From Candidatus Tectimicrobiota bacterium (GTDB taxonomy: Bacteria; JACPUC01), in contig JACPUC010000006.1 in assembly GCA_016192455.1 (NCBI GenBank), forward strand, positions 62,001-126,000: a stretch of 64,000 nt of DNA. Reading direction: 5' to 3'. The position numbers and the translations under genes are program-made. Shown in pieces: positions 18,150 through 28,449 of this stretch. Within the stretch, counting starts at the first letter, position 1. Each line of letters starts with the position of its first letter. The notes below the pieces were generated by a model, which saw only the letters and a program-made list of their open reading frames with translations, had not been told where the DNA came from and did not search any database.

Positions 18150-19733
18150 TCATAAGGGCGCCGAGGTCGACTGGCGCCCTGCGGCGCGTCCCGGCAGGAG
18201 GAGGATGAGCGGCACCGTGATGAGAAAGAGGATGCCGAGAACCCAGGCGACGTCGTTGTACGCCAGCATCGTGGCCTGACGGTTGACGACCGCGTTGATG
18301 TAAGCATATCCGGCCTGCGGCGCCAGGGTCGGGTTCATCCCCGCCTGCGTCAGGTGGGCGGTGACCTGGCGGTGGTAGCTGAGGAAGGTGGGGTTGAAGG
18401 AGCTGATGTGGCCGACCAAGTTGGCGCGGTGCACCTGCTGACCACGGGCCATCAGGGTGGCGATCAGGGCATAGCCGACGTTCCCGCCGACGGTGCGCGC
18501 CAGGGTGTAGAGGCTGGAGGCATCCGTCATGTCGCGCCGGGCCACGGTGCTCAACGACACCGAGGTGCTGGTGACGAAGACGAAGGGGATGCCGATGCCC
18601 ATGATCAACAGCATGGGCACGAGGTCCCAGATGCCGACCTGCAGGGAGAGCTGGGCGAGGTCGTAAAAGGACCAGAGAATGAGCGCCATGCCGCACAGCA
18701 CCAGGAGGCGAGCGTCAAGGTAGCGGTAGAGCCAGCCGGCGACCGGCATGAAGATCAGCAGGGTGAGCGCTCGGGGCATGAGCACCAAGCCGGCTTCAAA
18801 GGCCGAGTACCCCAGCAGGACCTGGGTGAATTGCGGCAGCATGAAGCTGGTTCCAAACAGGCCGATGCCGAAGACGACCCCCATGGTCGAGGTGACGGTG
18901 AGGGGCACGTTGCGCAGGATGCGAACGTTGACCACGGGCTCCGAGGTCCGCAGCTCCGCGAAGATCAGCACGAGCAGCGAGAGGCCGCTGACGATGGCGC
19001 CGACGACGATGAAGCGTGACTCGAACCAGTTCAGCACCTGGCCGCGCTCGAGAACGATCTGCATGCCGGTGAGGGCCACGGTAAGCAGCACGATGCCCAG
19101 CCAATCGACGCGGCGCACGCCGCGCCGCAGATACGCCGGGTCCTCGACGAAGGCAACCACCATGAACATGCCGATGATGCTGACGGGGACATTGATGTAG
19201 AAAATCCAGGGCCAGCCGTAGGTGTCGGTAAGCCAGCCGCCGAAGATGGGGCCGATCGCCGGGGCCAGCACCACGCCCATGCCGTAGATGGCCATGGCCA
19301 TGCCTTGCTCGCGCGTCGGGAACGTCTCAGCGAGGATGGCCTGGGAAACGGGGATCAGCGCCCCCCCGCCGATGCCCTGGATGGTGCGGTAGAGCAGCAT
19401 CTGCGGGAAACTCCGCGCCGTGCCGGAGAGGATGGAGCCGGCGGTGAACACCGCGAAGGAGAGGAGGTAGAGACGCTTCCGGCCCAGCAGCGTGCTCAGC
19501 CACCCCGTCATCGTCACCAGGATGATGGCGGCAATGCTGTAGCTGGTCGCCACCCAGGTAATGGAGGAGAGATCCTGCCCGAAGCTTCCCATCATGTGGG
19601 GCAGCGACACATTCACCACGCTGGTGTCCATTACCGCGATGAAGGTGCCGAACATCACGGTGACGGCCACCACCCACTTGTTGATCGCTCGTGGCCTCTC
19701 CTGGTTCGCGTGCAGGGCGGCGGTGCCGGTCAT
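18150..19733 (-). CDS. emrB: DHA2-family MFS multidrug efflux permease
   Basis: MDTSVVNVSLP, WVATSY, GRKRL, LAPAIGP.FGGWL, PWIFYINVP; 14-TM pattern. Confidence 0.92.
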   Translation of the reverse strand: MTGTAALHANQERPRAINKWVVAVTVMFGTFIAVMDTSVVNVSLPHMMGSFGQDLSSITWVATSYSIAAIILVTMTGWLSTLLGRKRLYLLSFAVFTAGSILSGTARSFPQMLLYRTIQGIGGGALIPVSQAILAETFPTREQGMAMAIYGMGVVLAPAIGPIFGGWLTDTYGWPWIFYINVPVSIIGMFMVVAFVEDPAYLRRGVRRVDWLGIVLLTVALTGMQIVLERGQVLNWFESRFIVVGAIVSGLSLLVLIFAELRTSEPVVNVRILRNVPLTVTSTMGVVFGIGLFGTSFMLPQFTQVLLGYSAFEAGLVLMPRALTLLIFMPVAGWLYRYLDARLLVLCGMALILWSFYDLAQLSLQVGIWDLVPMLLIMGIGIPFVFVTSTSVSLSTVARRDMTDASSLYTLARTVGGNVGYALIATLMARGQQVHRANLVGHISSFNPTFLSYHRQVTAHLTQAGMNPTLAPQAGYAYINAVVNRQATMLAYNDVAWVLGILFLITVPLILLLPGRAAGRQSTSAPL

Positions 19734-21169
19734 GGCGCGCGGCCCTGGGACCGCGCCGCGGACCCGCTGGACGCGCCTCCCGCCGGCGAGGCCGCGGCGC
19801 GGTCTGGCGGCGCCAAGGAGACGACCGGAATCACGGACATCCCCGGCACGAGCAAGTAGGTGCGAAGTTGCTGGGGGTCGTTGAAGACGATCTTCACCGG
19901 CACCCGCTGCACCACCTTGACGAAGTTGCCCGTGGCATTGTCCGGCGGCAGCAGGCTGAAGCGGGCTCCGGTGCCTCGTTGGATGCTGTCGACGCGGCCC
20001 GCGAAGACGACACCGGGGTAGGTGTCGATTTCGATCTCCGCCGCCTGACCCGGCCGCATGCGGGTGAGCTGGGTCTCCTTGAAGTTCGCCAGCACCCAGA
20101 GCTGCGACTGCACGATCGCCAACAGCGCTTGCCCCACCTGGACGTAGGAGCCTGCTTCCACCGCCTTGCGCGTGACGTTGCCCGCGCTGGGCGCGGTGAT
20201 CTTGGTGTAGGAGAGGTCGAGCCGCGCCCGCGCCGCCTCGGCCTCCGCCCTGGCGCTCTCCGCCTCGGCGACCTCGAGCTCGGCGCGGCGATACGCCGCC
20301 TGCTGGGGAGCTCCCTTCGCCGCGGCGAAGCGGGCCTTCGACTCGTCCATCTCGGAGTTGCGGGCGCTCACCTGGGCCTGTGTTTCCAGCAGGTTATCTT
20401 CCGCCGTCCTGAGCGCCGCTCGGCTTTGCTCGACGGCCGCCTCCTGGGTGTCCACCTTGCGCCGCGCCGCATCAAGGGCGGCGGCCGCCATGCGCTCCGC
20501 GGCGGCCGCGTGATCCAGTTGCTGCGTGGCGGCGATGCCGGTCTTGACCATCTCCCGAACGCGCTGCAGGTCGGCATGCTCGCGCCGGTACCGCGCGTCC
20601 GCGACGAGGAGCTCGGCCCTGGCCTGCTCCAGCTCGGCGCGCGCCGCGGCCAGGCGGGCCCGCGCTTGAGAGCGCTGGCTGGTGGCCCCGGCGACCAGCG
20701 CCTTGGCGCGTTCAATCGTCGCCCTGGCGGTCTGGACGTTCCCCGTGGCTTCGTCGACGCCGGCCGACGAGGTGATGGTGGTGAGGTCCACGGTGATGCG
20801 CCGCGACCGCTGGGTCGCGTGCGCGACGCGCAGCGCCGCCTCCGCCGCCGCGAGCCTCACCTGAAACTCAGCCGGGTCCAATTCAACCAGGAGGTCGCCC
20901 GCGTCCACCCATTGGTTGTCCCTCACGTGAACCTTCAGCACCTGGCCCGCCACGCGGGAGCCGATGGGGACGATCTGTCCCTCGACGAAGGCATCATCGG
21001 TTGACTCGTGGGCGATGGCGTACAAGTAGTAGCGCACGCCGAGCAGCAGCCCCGCGCTCATGAGGAGAGCGACAACGCCCCAGAGAATGAGGCGGCGGGG
21101 CTTGCGCGGGGAGGGGGGACGCATCGAGTCGAGGGTGATGTCGTCAGTGGCGTCGTGGGTTCCCAGCAT
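19730..21169 (-). CDS. emrA: EmrA-type HlyD periplasmic adaptor
   Basis: ESTDDAFV, long coiled coil, ANFKETQL, FSLLPPDNATGNFVKVVQRVPV; 4-nt overlap with emrB; start uncertain. Confidence 0.92.
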   Translation of the reverse strand: MLGTHDATDDITLDSMRPPSPRKPRRLILWGVVALLMSAGLLLGVRYYLYAIAHESTDDAFVEGQIVPIGSRVAGQVLKVHVRDNQWVDAGDLLVELDPAEFQVRLAAAEAALRVAHATQRSRRITVDLTTITSSAGVDEATGNVQTARATIERAKALVAGATSQRSQARARLAAARAELEQARAELLVADARYRREHADLQRVREMVKTGIAATQQLDHAAAAERMAAAALDAARRKVDTQEAAVEQSRAALRTAEDNLLETQAQVSARNSEMDESKARFAAAKGAPQQAAYRRAELEVAEAESARAEAEAARARLDLSYTKITAPSAGNVTRKAVEAGSYVQVGQALLAIVQSQLWVLANFKETQLTRMRPGQAAEIEIDTYPGVVFAGRVDSIQRGTGARFSLLPPDNATGNFVKVVQRVPVKIVFNDPQQLRTYLLVPGMSVIPVVSLAPPDRAAASPAGGASSGSAARSQGRAP

Positions 21170-21688
21170 CGGTTGCTCTCTTCTTTGCTCATCTCGTTGG
21201 CCGGAGCGCTTTCCAGCCGCAGCGGCTTGGCGCTGCCCACCCGCCCTTCGATGTTGTACCATTTCTCGCGCGGAAAGTGTCGAAGGATCTCGCCGAGGTA
21301 GGCCTCTCCGCCGCCTCCAGTCCGCACTTCGCTCGGCATGTTCGCCAGGTGCTGAACCGCCGGCGTCAACCAAGCCGCAAGAGACGCCGGTGTCTGCCCC
21401 GTCGGAAGTGATGGAGACGGCATGTCCTTTTATGGGCGGAGCGAGGGGAGGGGTGCTTCAGGAGATCCCGGAGGTGGCGGGGTGAGGCGGCAGACGATCC
21501 TGGACCGTCACCACGCGGATGGTGGGGTGCGGGATCACGCGGCGCAGCCCGACACCTCGCCACAAGCCGGGAACGTTCGCTTTCGCGAAGGGAGGGGGAG
21601 AGCGCCGCGCCGATGCCCGGCCGCGGGCTTGCGCGCGGTCTCCTCGCTGACCTCCGCCCCACCGCCTGGGACCTCATCTTCGTGATGA

Positions 21689-22825
21689 TCATGAGTAGGC
21701 GCCGTACTCACGGCAGGTCTCAAACATGGCCTCGACGTTCTCGCGCTTGGCGTCGGGCGCCAGCTCGCAGCCCGAGCCGAGGAGGAAGCCGCCGCCGGGG
21801 GCCAGGCCGTCGATGAGCTTCCTGCAGTACTGGCTCACCTCGTCGGGGCTTCCCAGGGTGAGGAGCGTCGGCCCCACGTCGCCCATGATGCACATGTGAT
21901 CGCGCAGGACCTCCTTGGCCTTGAAGATGTCAGTCCAGCCGTCGAAGTGCACGAGGCACTTGCCGCGCGGCAAGGACCTCAGGTAGGGGAGGTTCTTCGT
22001 CCAATCTTGGTCGAGGTGCAGGTAAGCGTAGAACCCGGCGTCGATGATATGCTCGACCATGTACTGGATTGAGGGCCAGACGAAGCGCTCGAACTGCGCC
22101 GGCGACACGAAGGCGCAACTGCTGCGCAGGCCGGCGATCCACACGGCCAGGCCGCCGGCGCCTTTCGCCATGCGCAGGGCGGTATCGGTGATGTCCTTGG
22201 TGACCACCCTGAGGACTCGTTCAACGAGATCGGGACGGCGGAAGAGGTCGAACGTGAACTCTTCGAAGGAGCGCATCTGAGAGATCTCATCGAACGGCGT
22301 CTCGGCGATGCCGCCGACCAGCGTCGGCACGTTCTGCGCCTCGTACTTCGCGATGGCCGCCTTCTGCAAGTCGCGGATGAGGACGGCGCGCTCATGCAGG
22401 GTGGTGCTCTGCCAGTCGGGGTGGAGGCGGAAGAAGTAGTCGCGCAGGAAGGCCTTGTAGCCGACATCGAGGATGCGCTCGTAGTCGTCCACGGTCATGA
22501 TCGGCTTCTCATGCACCTGGTACATGACGTCCGGGGGAAGCTCGCGGCCCGGCTGCGCGATGGGGATGGGACGCAGGTCGTTGACGAAGCCCTCCGGCCG
22601 GGGAGCCATCACCCAAGCGTCCCAGCCGCCCAGCCCCCGCCAGGTGACGTCGAAGGCGCCGGCGCACTTCTCGGTATCGAAGAGGTGCTCTTCCATGGTG
22701 ATGCCGGCGTAGCGGGCCGCGAACTGTTGCAGTTGGGGCACGAGCGGCACGCGGTCGGGCGTCTCGAGGTTGAGCGCTTTCAGCACACGCTCTTTCGGTG
22801 TCACCATTTGCTCCTCCACACTCAT
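21689..22825 (-). CDS. UroD/MtaA-family corrinoid methyltransferase
   Basis: TPKERVL.AL..ETPDRVP, SPAQFERF.WP, HLD, GGGFLLGSGC; corrinoid-protein context. Confidence 0.85.
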   Translation of the reverse strand: MSVEEQMVTPKERVLKALNLETPDRVPLVPQLQQFAARYAGITMEEHLFDTEKCAGAFDVTWRGLGGWDAWVMAPRPEGFVNDLRPIPIAQPGRELPPDVMYQVHEKPIMTVDDYERILDVGYKAFLRDYFFRLHPDWQSTTLHERAVLIRDLQKAAIAKYEAQNVPTLVGGIAETPFDEISQMRSFEEFTFDLFRRPDLVERVLRVVTKDITDTALRMAKGAGGLAVWIAGLRSSCAFVSPAQFERFVWPSIQYMVEHIIDAGFYAYLHLDQDWTKNLPYLRSLPRGKCLVHFDGWTDIFKAKEVLRDHMCIMGDVGPTLLTLGSPDEVSQYCRKLIDGLAPGGGFLLGSGCELAPDAKRENVEAMFETCREYGAYS

Positions 22826-22878
22826 TGCAACGGGGAAGCGCCGCGGTCCGCCGCCGACCTCCCGCCGCGCCCCGGCGG

Positions 22879-23685
22879 TCAGCCGCCGGCCTCGGCCTGA
22901 AGGCGGCCGGCGCGGTAGGCGGTGACGTACTTCATGCAGGAGGCGTCGTTGCCCAGCAGCGTCCGCGCCGTCACCAGCGTGGCCATGGCGGCGCGGTCGA
23001 GAGGATCGAGAATGGCGGCATCGAGCCCCCGCGCCATGGCGAGCGCCAGGAAGGTGCGGTTGAGAGCGCGGCGCAGCGGCAAGCCGAAGGAGACGTTGCT
23101 CAGGCCGAGGATGGTGTGGACGCCTCGGAACTCCGTCATGATCAGCTCGATGGCCCGCAGCACCTCGCGACCGCTCTGCTGGTCGGAGGCGACGGGAAAG
23201 AGGCAGGGATCGACGTAGATGTCGTCGAGCGCCAACCCCGCGTCGGTAAAGCGCCTGAGCAGGTGCTCGGCGATCCTCAGCTTGCCGTCGGCGGTCTTCG
23301 GGATGCCGTTCTCGTCGAGGCAGAGGGCGATCACCTTGGCCCGGTGTTCGAGCGCCGCCGGCAGCAGCGCCTCAAGGCGCCTCGGTTCGGCGCTCAACGA
23401 GTTGATCAAGGGCCGCTTCGCAACCTTCGGCAGGGCCGCCAAGATGACCTCGCTGATGGAGGAGTCGACGCAGAGCGGCTTCTGCGACACCTCCTGCACC
23501 GCCTCGATGATCCACTGCAAGGCCTCCGTCTCCTGGCCGAGGACGCCGCCGTTCACGTCCAGGTAGTCGGCCCCCGCCTCGTCCTGTCGCCGCGCCAGGT
23601 CCTGGATGAACTTCCGGTCCCGCGCCTCCACCGCCGAGGCGACCTTCTTGCGCGTGCAGTTGATCAACTCTCCAACGATCAGCAT
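22879..23685 (-). CDS. Methyltetrahydrofolate:corrinoid methyltransferase (AcsE-like pterin-binding)
   Basis: MLIVGELIN, GADYLDVN, PLCVDS, LINS, YVDP, GLSNVSFGLP, GLDAAILDP. Confidence 0.92.
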   Translation of the reverse strand: MLIVGELINCTRKKVASAVEARDRKFIQDLARRQDEAGADYLDVNGGVLGQETEALQWIIEAVQEVSQKPLCVDSSISEVILAALPKVAKRPLINSLSAEPRRLEALLPAALEHRAKVIALCLDENGIPKTADGKLRIAEHLLRRFTDAGLALDDIYVDPCLFPVASDQQSGREVLRAIELIMTEFRGVHTILGLSNVSFGLPLRRALNRTFLALAMARGLDAAILDPLDRAAMATLVTARTLLGNDASCMKYVTAYRAGRLQAEAGG

Positions 23686-23700
23686 GCCTGGCCCTCTGCT

Positions 23701-24654
23701 TCAGTCTGCTTCGGGGGAGCGGCTCGGGCGAGGTAGCAACCCGGCCTGTTTCACCACCTCCGGAATGATCATTTCCCAGTTCACGGTAATGATGTGGATG
23801 CCGTGGACGCCCGGCTCCTGGCGAAGCTGCTCGATGATCTCCAGGCAGAGGGTGATGCCCTCCGCCTCCTGGTCGCGGGCCCGGCGCATGCGCTGCACCA
23901 GAGCCGCCGGCACGGAAACCCCCGCGACGTTCCGCGCCAGGAACTCGAACCCCTCGGCCCGGCGCATGGGGATGACGCTCGGCAGGAGGTGGACTTTCTC
24001 ATGCAGCCCGAGGTTGCGCACCTCGCGCATCCAAGCGCGGAAGACGGCAACGTCCAGCACCGGCTGCGTCTGGATGAACCGCGCCCCGGCGCTCACCTTC
24101 TTTGCCAGCCGCAAGGCCCGGAACCGCAGCGGCTCGGCGAAGGGATTGGCGGCGGCGCCGATGAAGAGACGCGGCGGCGTGAGCGGGGATTTCGAGCTGT
24201 TGCGAATCTCGACGCCCGACTCGAGCACCCCCTTCTCGCACATCCTGCGCGCCATGGCGAGGAAGTTGATCGAGTCGAGATCGAAGACCCCCTTGGCCTG
24301 CGGATGGTCGCCCAGGCTCTGATGATCGCCCGTCAGGCAGAGCACGTTGCCGATGCCCAGGCTGGCGGCGCCCAGCAGGTCGCTCTGCAGGGCCAGGCGG
24401 TTGCGGTCGCGGCAGGTGAGCTGCAGCACCGGCTCGTGGCCGTGGCCGCGCACACGCAGCGACGCGGCCAGGCTGGAGACGCGCACGCGGGCGGAGAGGT
24501 TGTCGGTGAGGTTGACCGCATCCACGCTGCCGCGCAGCGCCTCGGCCTTGCGGTCAAAGGCGGCGAAATCGAGGCTGCGCGGCGGCGCCAGCTCGGCCGT
24601 CAGCGCGAACTCGCCCCGGCTCAGGATGCTCTCAAGGTGCGTGCCGGCCTGCAT
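23701..24654 (-). CDS. metF: Methylenetetrahydrofolate reductase
   Basis: TAELAPP, VDAVNLTDN, LTCRDRNRLALQSDLLGA, CLTGDH, KKVSAGARFIQTQ. Confidence 0.92.
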   Translation of the reverse strand: MQAGTHLESILSRGEFALTAELAPPRSLDFAAFDRKAEALRGSVDAVNLTDNLSARVRVSSLAASLRVRGHGHEPVLQLTCRDRNRLALQSDLLGAASLGIGNVLCLTGDHQSLGDHPQAKGVFDLDSINFLAMARRMCEKGVLESGVEIRNSSKSPLTPPRLFIGAAANPFAEPLRFRALRLAKKVSAGARFIQTQPVLDVAVFRAWMREVRNLGLHEKVHLLPSVIPMRRAEGFEFLARNVAGVSVPAALVQRMRRARDQEAEGITLCLEIIEQLRQEPGVHGIHIITVNWEMIIPEVVKQAGLLPRPSRSPEAD

Positions 24655-24785
24655 GGGAATCCTTCGGGAGAACCCCGGCGGGGCGGCGGCAAAGCCGTCC
24701 CCGCCCGCGCCGCGCGGCATCCGTGGGCCGCGGCGGGAAGCCACGGCTCCCAGGCTCTTGGGGTCCCACCCTGAGGATGTCCGAC

Positions 24786-25430
24786 CTAAGCCACGCCCAG
24801 CGCCGCCTTCGCCAGCCGAACCGCCTGGCCCGCATCTTGTCCCACGTAGTCGGCGCCGGTGTACGCCCGCACGCGCTCGTCCGTCGGGCCGCCGCCGATC
24901 ATGATGCGGCACCGCTCCCGCAACCCCGCCGCATGCATGGCGGCAACGGTCTCCTTCATGGGATTGAACGAGACCGTCAGCAGGCCGGAGAGCCCGAGCA
25001 GATCAGCGTTCACTTCGCGCACCTTGTTCACGAAGGTCTGGGGCGGCACGTCGATGCCGAGGTCGTGGACGAGGAACCCGGCGCTGCGCAGCATGATGAT
25101 GACGATGTTCTTGCCGATGTCGTGCAGGTCCCCCTTCACCGTGCCGATCACCACCGTGCCCAACGCCTGGCTCTGCTGCCGGCTGCGCTCGAGGGCCGGC
25201 TCCAGATCGACCATCGCCTCCTTGAAGATCTTGCCGGCCATGATCAGCTCGGTCAGGAAGTACTCCCCCTTCTCGAACTTCTGCCCGACCTCGGCGACGC
25301 CCTGCCGCAGGGCGGCGATGATCTCCAGCGGCGCCTCGCCGGCGGCGAGCCGCTGCCGCACGAGCTGCAGCACCTCCTCCTCACGCAGCTCCAGGATGGC
25401 GCGGGTGAGCTGCTCGGAAGTATCGGCCAT
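24786..25430 (-). CDS. Corrinoid (B12)-binding protein, MtaC/MetH cap plus B12 domain
   Basis: VGQKFE.GEYFL.EL, GTVKGDLHDIGKNIV (DxHxxG), SGLLT, IGGG. Confidence 0.95.
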   Translation of the reverse strand: MADTSEQLTRAILELREEEVLQLVRQRLAAGEAPLEIIAALRQGVAEVGQKFEKGEYFLTELIMAGKIFKEAMVDLEPALERSRQQSQALGTVVIGTVKGDLHDIGKNIVIIMLRSAGFLVHDLGIDVPPQTFVNKVREVNADLLGLSGLLTVSFNPMKETVAAMHAAGLRERCRIMIGGGPTDERVRAYTGADYVGQDAGQAVRLAKAALGVA

Positions 25431-25475
25431 AGCGTTCCCCTTCAGGCGTATCGCCAGGACACGAGGTCTCGCGGT

Positions 25476-25973
25476 TCAGGACTGCCGCTCTGGGTTGTGT
25501 GATACGGGCGCCGCGACCAGCGATCGGCGACGGAGCACGGCGCGGGCGCGCCGGCGCCGCCAGGCCAGCCACGGGCGCCGCAGCATGGCGCCGACAATCT
25601 GCCGGCGGCGGCTGTTGAGCTGGGCATAGGGGATGTGCGCATCGGCGTTGCGCCAGTGGTTCAACCAGGCGGAGGTGCCCTGGAGTCGCCAGTCGATCGG
25701 GGGTTGACAAATGCTCAGGGCGGCAAGCTGGCCGGTGGCTTCCGCGTAGGTGTACGCCTGGTGCCAGCAGCAAGCCCCTCCGCCGTCCACCTCGCAGGAC
25801 CCGTCCGGTCGCACGCCGCCGCACGGGCCGTTGCGCAGGTTCTTGGGGCACTGCATGGGACAGACGAAGCCCGTGAACTGCAGGATGCACTGGCCGCACA
25901 TCTGGCAGCCAAATGCGGCGGACTTGACCAGCCGTTCAAATCCGGTCAGCACGCGCAGGGCCAACCTCGGCAT
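25476..25973 (-). CDS. MetV-like Cys-rich MTHFR-associated protein
   Basis: FGCQMCGQC...CPMQCPKNLRNGPCGG...CEV...CCW; RBS AGGAGG. Confidence 0.88.
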   Translation of the reverse strand: MPRLALRVLTGFERLVKSAAFGCQMCGQCILQFTGFVCPMQCPKNLRNGPCGGVRPDGSCEVDGGGACCWHQAYTYAEATGQLAALSICQPPIDWRLQGTSAWLNHWRNADAHIPYAQLNSRRRQIVGAMLRRPWLAWRRRRARAVLRRRSLVAAPVSHNPERQS

Positions 25974-26523
25974 CGTTCCTCCTGGGAAACCTCGCCGGCG
26001 CCTCTGGCACGCCGGGATCCCGTGGCCACCTTGGAGGTGCTCGCCCCCGGCGGACTTGTCGATCGCATGGCGCGGGGTTCTCGCGCGACGCCCTCATGCG
26101 ACGCCATGGTAAGGAGGAATATGCGGCAAACGCCACAGAAGCTCAAGTTTCTTGACCAGGTAAGCAGGGAAAAACCACCTGCTGATCCTGCTGCGGGGAC
26201 GAAGGCGGAGTGGGAAGAAGGCTTGGCCGCGGCTGCCCAACGTCGGGGGCGGCAAAGTGTCGCTGGTGGCCGAGAGAGCGTCGATCCTGCCCCCAGGGCG
26301 CGTGTCAACCTGGGTGCTGCATGAGACCCTGAAGATAGCTGGGGCGCGTTGAGCCCGGCCTTGGACGTCGCCTCCGCACTCCATTGGCGCGGCTGCTCGC
26401 GGCTCGCGGGGAGAAGGGGCGCCCCGCTCCCCTGTCCGCACCGACGGGTGTGGGATCGAGAAACACCATCACCCACCCCAGCTCCAACGCCTCCGGGTCT
26501 TCTGGCGAGTGCCGGGACGCGCC

Positions 26524-28176
26524 CTAGGCGGGCAGCGCCGTGCAGACGCACTGTGATTGCTCTTGGGTGAGGGCGACATGACAGAGCCAGTTCGCGTCGT
26601 CCCGCTGCGGGAAATCGGTTCTGAAGTGCGCTCCCCGCGATTCCGTACGGGAGAGGGCGGCGGTGGTGACGAGGGTGGCGACATCGAGGAGGTTTGTCAG
26701 CTCGCAGAGCTGCCGGAGCTGCTGCCGGGTGGTGGCGCGCAGGCGAGGCAGTGTTTCGGCGCCCAGGCTGTGAATCTCGTTCAGCGCGGCCTGCAGACTT
26801 TCAGCGCTGCGCACAATCCCCACGTTCTTCCACATGAGCTGACGCAGCCGGGACTCAGCGGCCTCGATCTCCGCCCCTTCCTCGGCGCTGCCGGTGCGAG
26901 GCCGTTCACGCCGCGGGAGGGCCGCGCGGGCCACCTCGGGGGCCTCTTTCGCCGCGCCCCGAGCGAGGGCTTCGCAGGCCGCCTGCCGGCCGGCGCGGGC
27001 GCCGAACACCTGCGTCTCCATGAGGGCGTATCCGGCCAGGCGATTCGCGCCATGCAGCCCGCCGCAGATTTCGCCGGCGGCGTAGAGACCAGGAAGACTG
27101 CTGCGGCCCTCGGCATCGATCCGCACCCCTCCCATGAAGAAATGCACCGAGGGGCTCACCAGCAGCCACTGCTTCCGCAGGTCCACGTTCTTTGCGGCGC
27201 AGGCTTTCAGCAGCCGGGGATAGTTCTCCTCCAGGGTGAGCCGCGGCACCTCGCTGAGGTCGAGCGCCACGCCGCCGTCGATGCCCTGCCCCTCGAGGAC
27301 CTCCAAGAAGATGCCGCGCGACAGGCGATCGCGCGTGGTGTACTCGCCCTGCTCGGGCTCGCGCCGCAGCATGAAGCGCTCGCCGGCGGCGTTGCGCAGC
27401 ACCGCGCCTTCTCGAAGCATCCCCGTGCTGACGAACAGGTTCGGGAACGGGGCAAACGCCATCAAGGGGTAGAACTGCACGAACTCCATATCCTGCAGCA
27501 CGGCGCCGGCGCGATAGGCAAGGGCATAGCCGTCGCCCGTGACGTCGCGCGGATTGTTCGTGCGCGCGTAGAGGCGGCCCGCGCCGCCGGCGGCAAGGAC
27601 GGTGCTGGCGGCACTGATGACCTGCCCGCGACCGGAGCGCAGGTCGAAGCCGACGGCGCCGCACACCCGCCCGTCGTTCACCAGCAGCTCGGTCAGCATG
27701 ACGCCTTCCAGCCTCAGCAGGTCGCACTCGCGCACGGTGTCGCGCAGAGCGCGCGAGAAGCTCAAGCCGAACCGTTCGCCAGTGGAGTAGGCGCGGGCCG
27801 CCGAGTGGCCGGGCGGCTGGCGCAGGTAGAAGCCGCCCTCGCGCCGGCGAAACTGCAGGCCATACTTCTGCAGGTCGGAGAGCCGCTCGGCGGACTCGTG
27901 GGCCAGGGGCTCGAGCAGGGCTGGCTCGGCGAGATCGCAGCCGCTCCGCCTGGCATCGGCCGCGAACAGCTCGTACCCGTCCTCGGGGTTGTTCTCGTGC
28001 GAGAGCGCCACGATGCCCCCCTCCGCGAGGTACGTGCAGCCGCTCTTGCCGATGGCGCCCTTGCTCACCAGCGCCACGCGCGGCGCCACCTCCCGCGCCG
28101 CCAGGGCGGCCCGCATGCCGGCCCCCCCGCCGCCGATCACCAGCACGTCCGCCTCAAGTCTGTCGAATCCGCGCAC
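26524..28176 (-). CDS. SdhA/FrdA/NadB-family flavoprotein, stand-alone
   Basis: GGGGAG, SGCT..AEGG, TGDG..LAYRAGA, DMEFVQFYP, HFFMGG, HGANRL, RTESRGAHFR.D. Confidence 0.9.
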   Translation of the reverse strand: MRGFDRLEADVLVIGGGGAGMRAALAAREVAPRVALVSKGAIGKSGCTYLAEGGIVALSHENNPEDGYELFAADARRSGCDLAEPALLEPLAHESAERLSDLQKYGLQFRRREGGFYLRQPPGHSAARAYSTGERFGLSFSRALRDTVRECDLLRLEGVMLTELLVNDGRVCGAVGFDLRSGRGQVISAASTVLAAGGAGRLYARTNNPRDVTGDGYALAYRAGAVLQDMEFVQFYPLMAFAPFPNLFVSTGMLREGAVLRNAAGERFMLRREPEQGEYTTRDRLSRGIFLEVLEGQGIDGGVALDLSEVPRLTLEENYPRLLKACAAKNVDLRKQWLLVSPSVHFFMGGVRIDAEGRSSLPGLYAAGEICGGLHGANRLAGYALMETQVFGARAGRQAACEALARGAAKEAPEVARAALPRRERPRTGSAEEGAEIEAAESRLRQLMWKNVGIVRSAESLQAALNEIHSLGAETLPRLRATTRQQLRQLCELTNLLDVATLVTTAALSRTESRGAHFRTDFPQRDDANWLCHVALTQEQSQCVCTALPA

Positions 28177-28362
28177 GGTCCGCCCTCCAGCGTCTGTGAA
28201 GCCTTGTCCCTTTTATTCTTCTCACCGGTCCTGAAGCTGGACGCGATGCAGAGACTCGATGGCGTGCTGCGTGGCGGGAAAGAACCTGGCGCCAATGCGG
28301 CCCAAAGCTCCCGCCCGCCAAGGATCGCTTGCCCCGTGACGCTCACACCTCATCGAAAACAT

Positions 28363-28449
28363 TGGTGCCGAGGGCCGGACTCGAACCGGCATGGGGTTGC
28401 CCCCGAGGGATTTTAAGTCCCTTGCGTCTACCTGTTCCGCCACCCCGGC
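28363..28449 (-). tRNA. tRNA-Leu(TAA)
   Basis: GCCGGGGTGGCGGAACAGGTAGACGC...GACT-TAA-AATC, long variable arm, GGTTCGAGTCC, encoded CCA. Confidence 0.97.

Noticed and set aside
25980-26520. Cobalamin, SAM or SAH riboswitch upstream of the methyl-transfer operon
   Set aside because: GC-rich hairpins exist but I found no B12 box or SAM/SAH core by eye; an Rfam scan would be decisive.
28363-28449. Integrated island or prophage at tRNA-Leu
   Set aside because: No integrase, phage gene or same-orientation duplicate of the tRNA 3' end; only short opposite-strand matches, reported separately.
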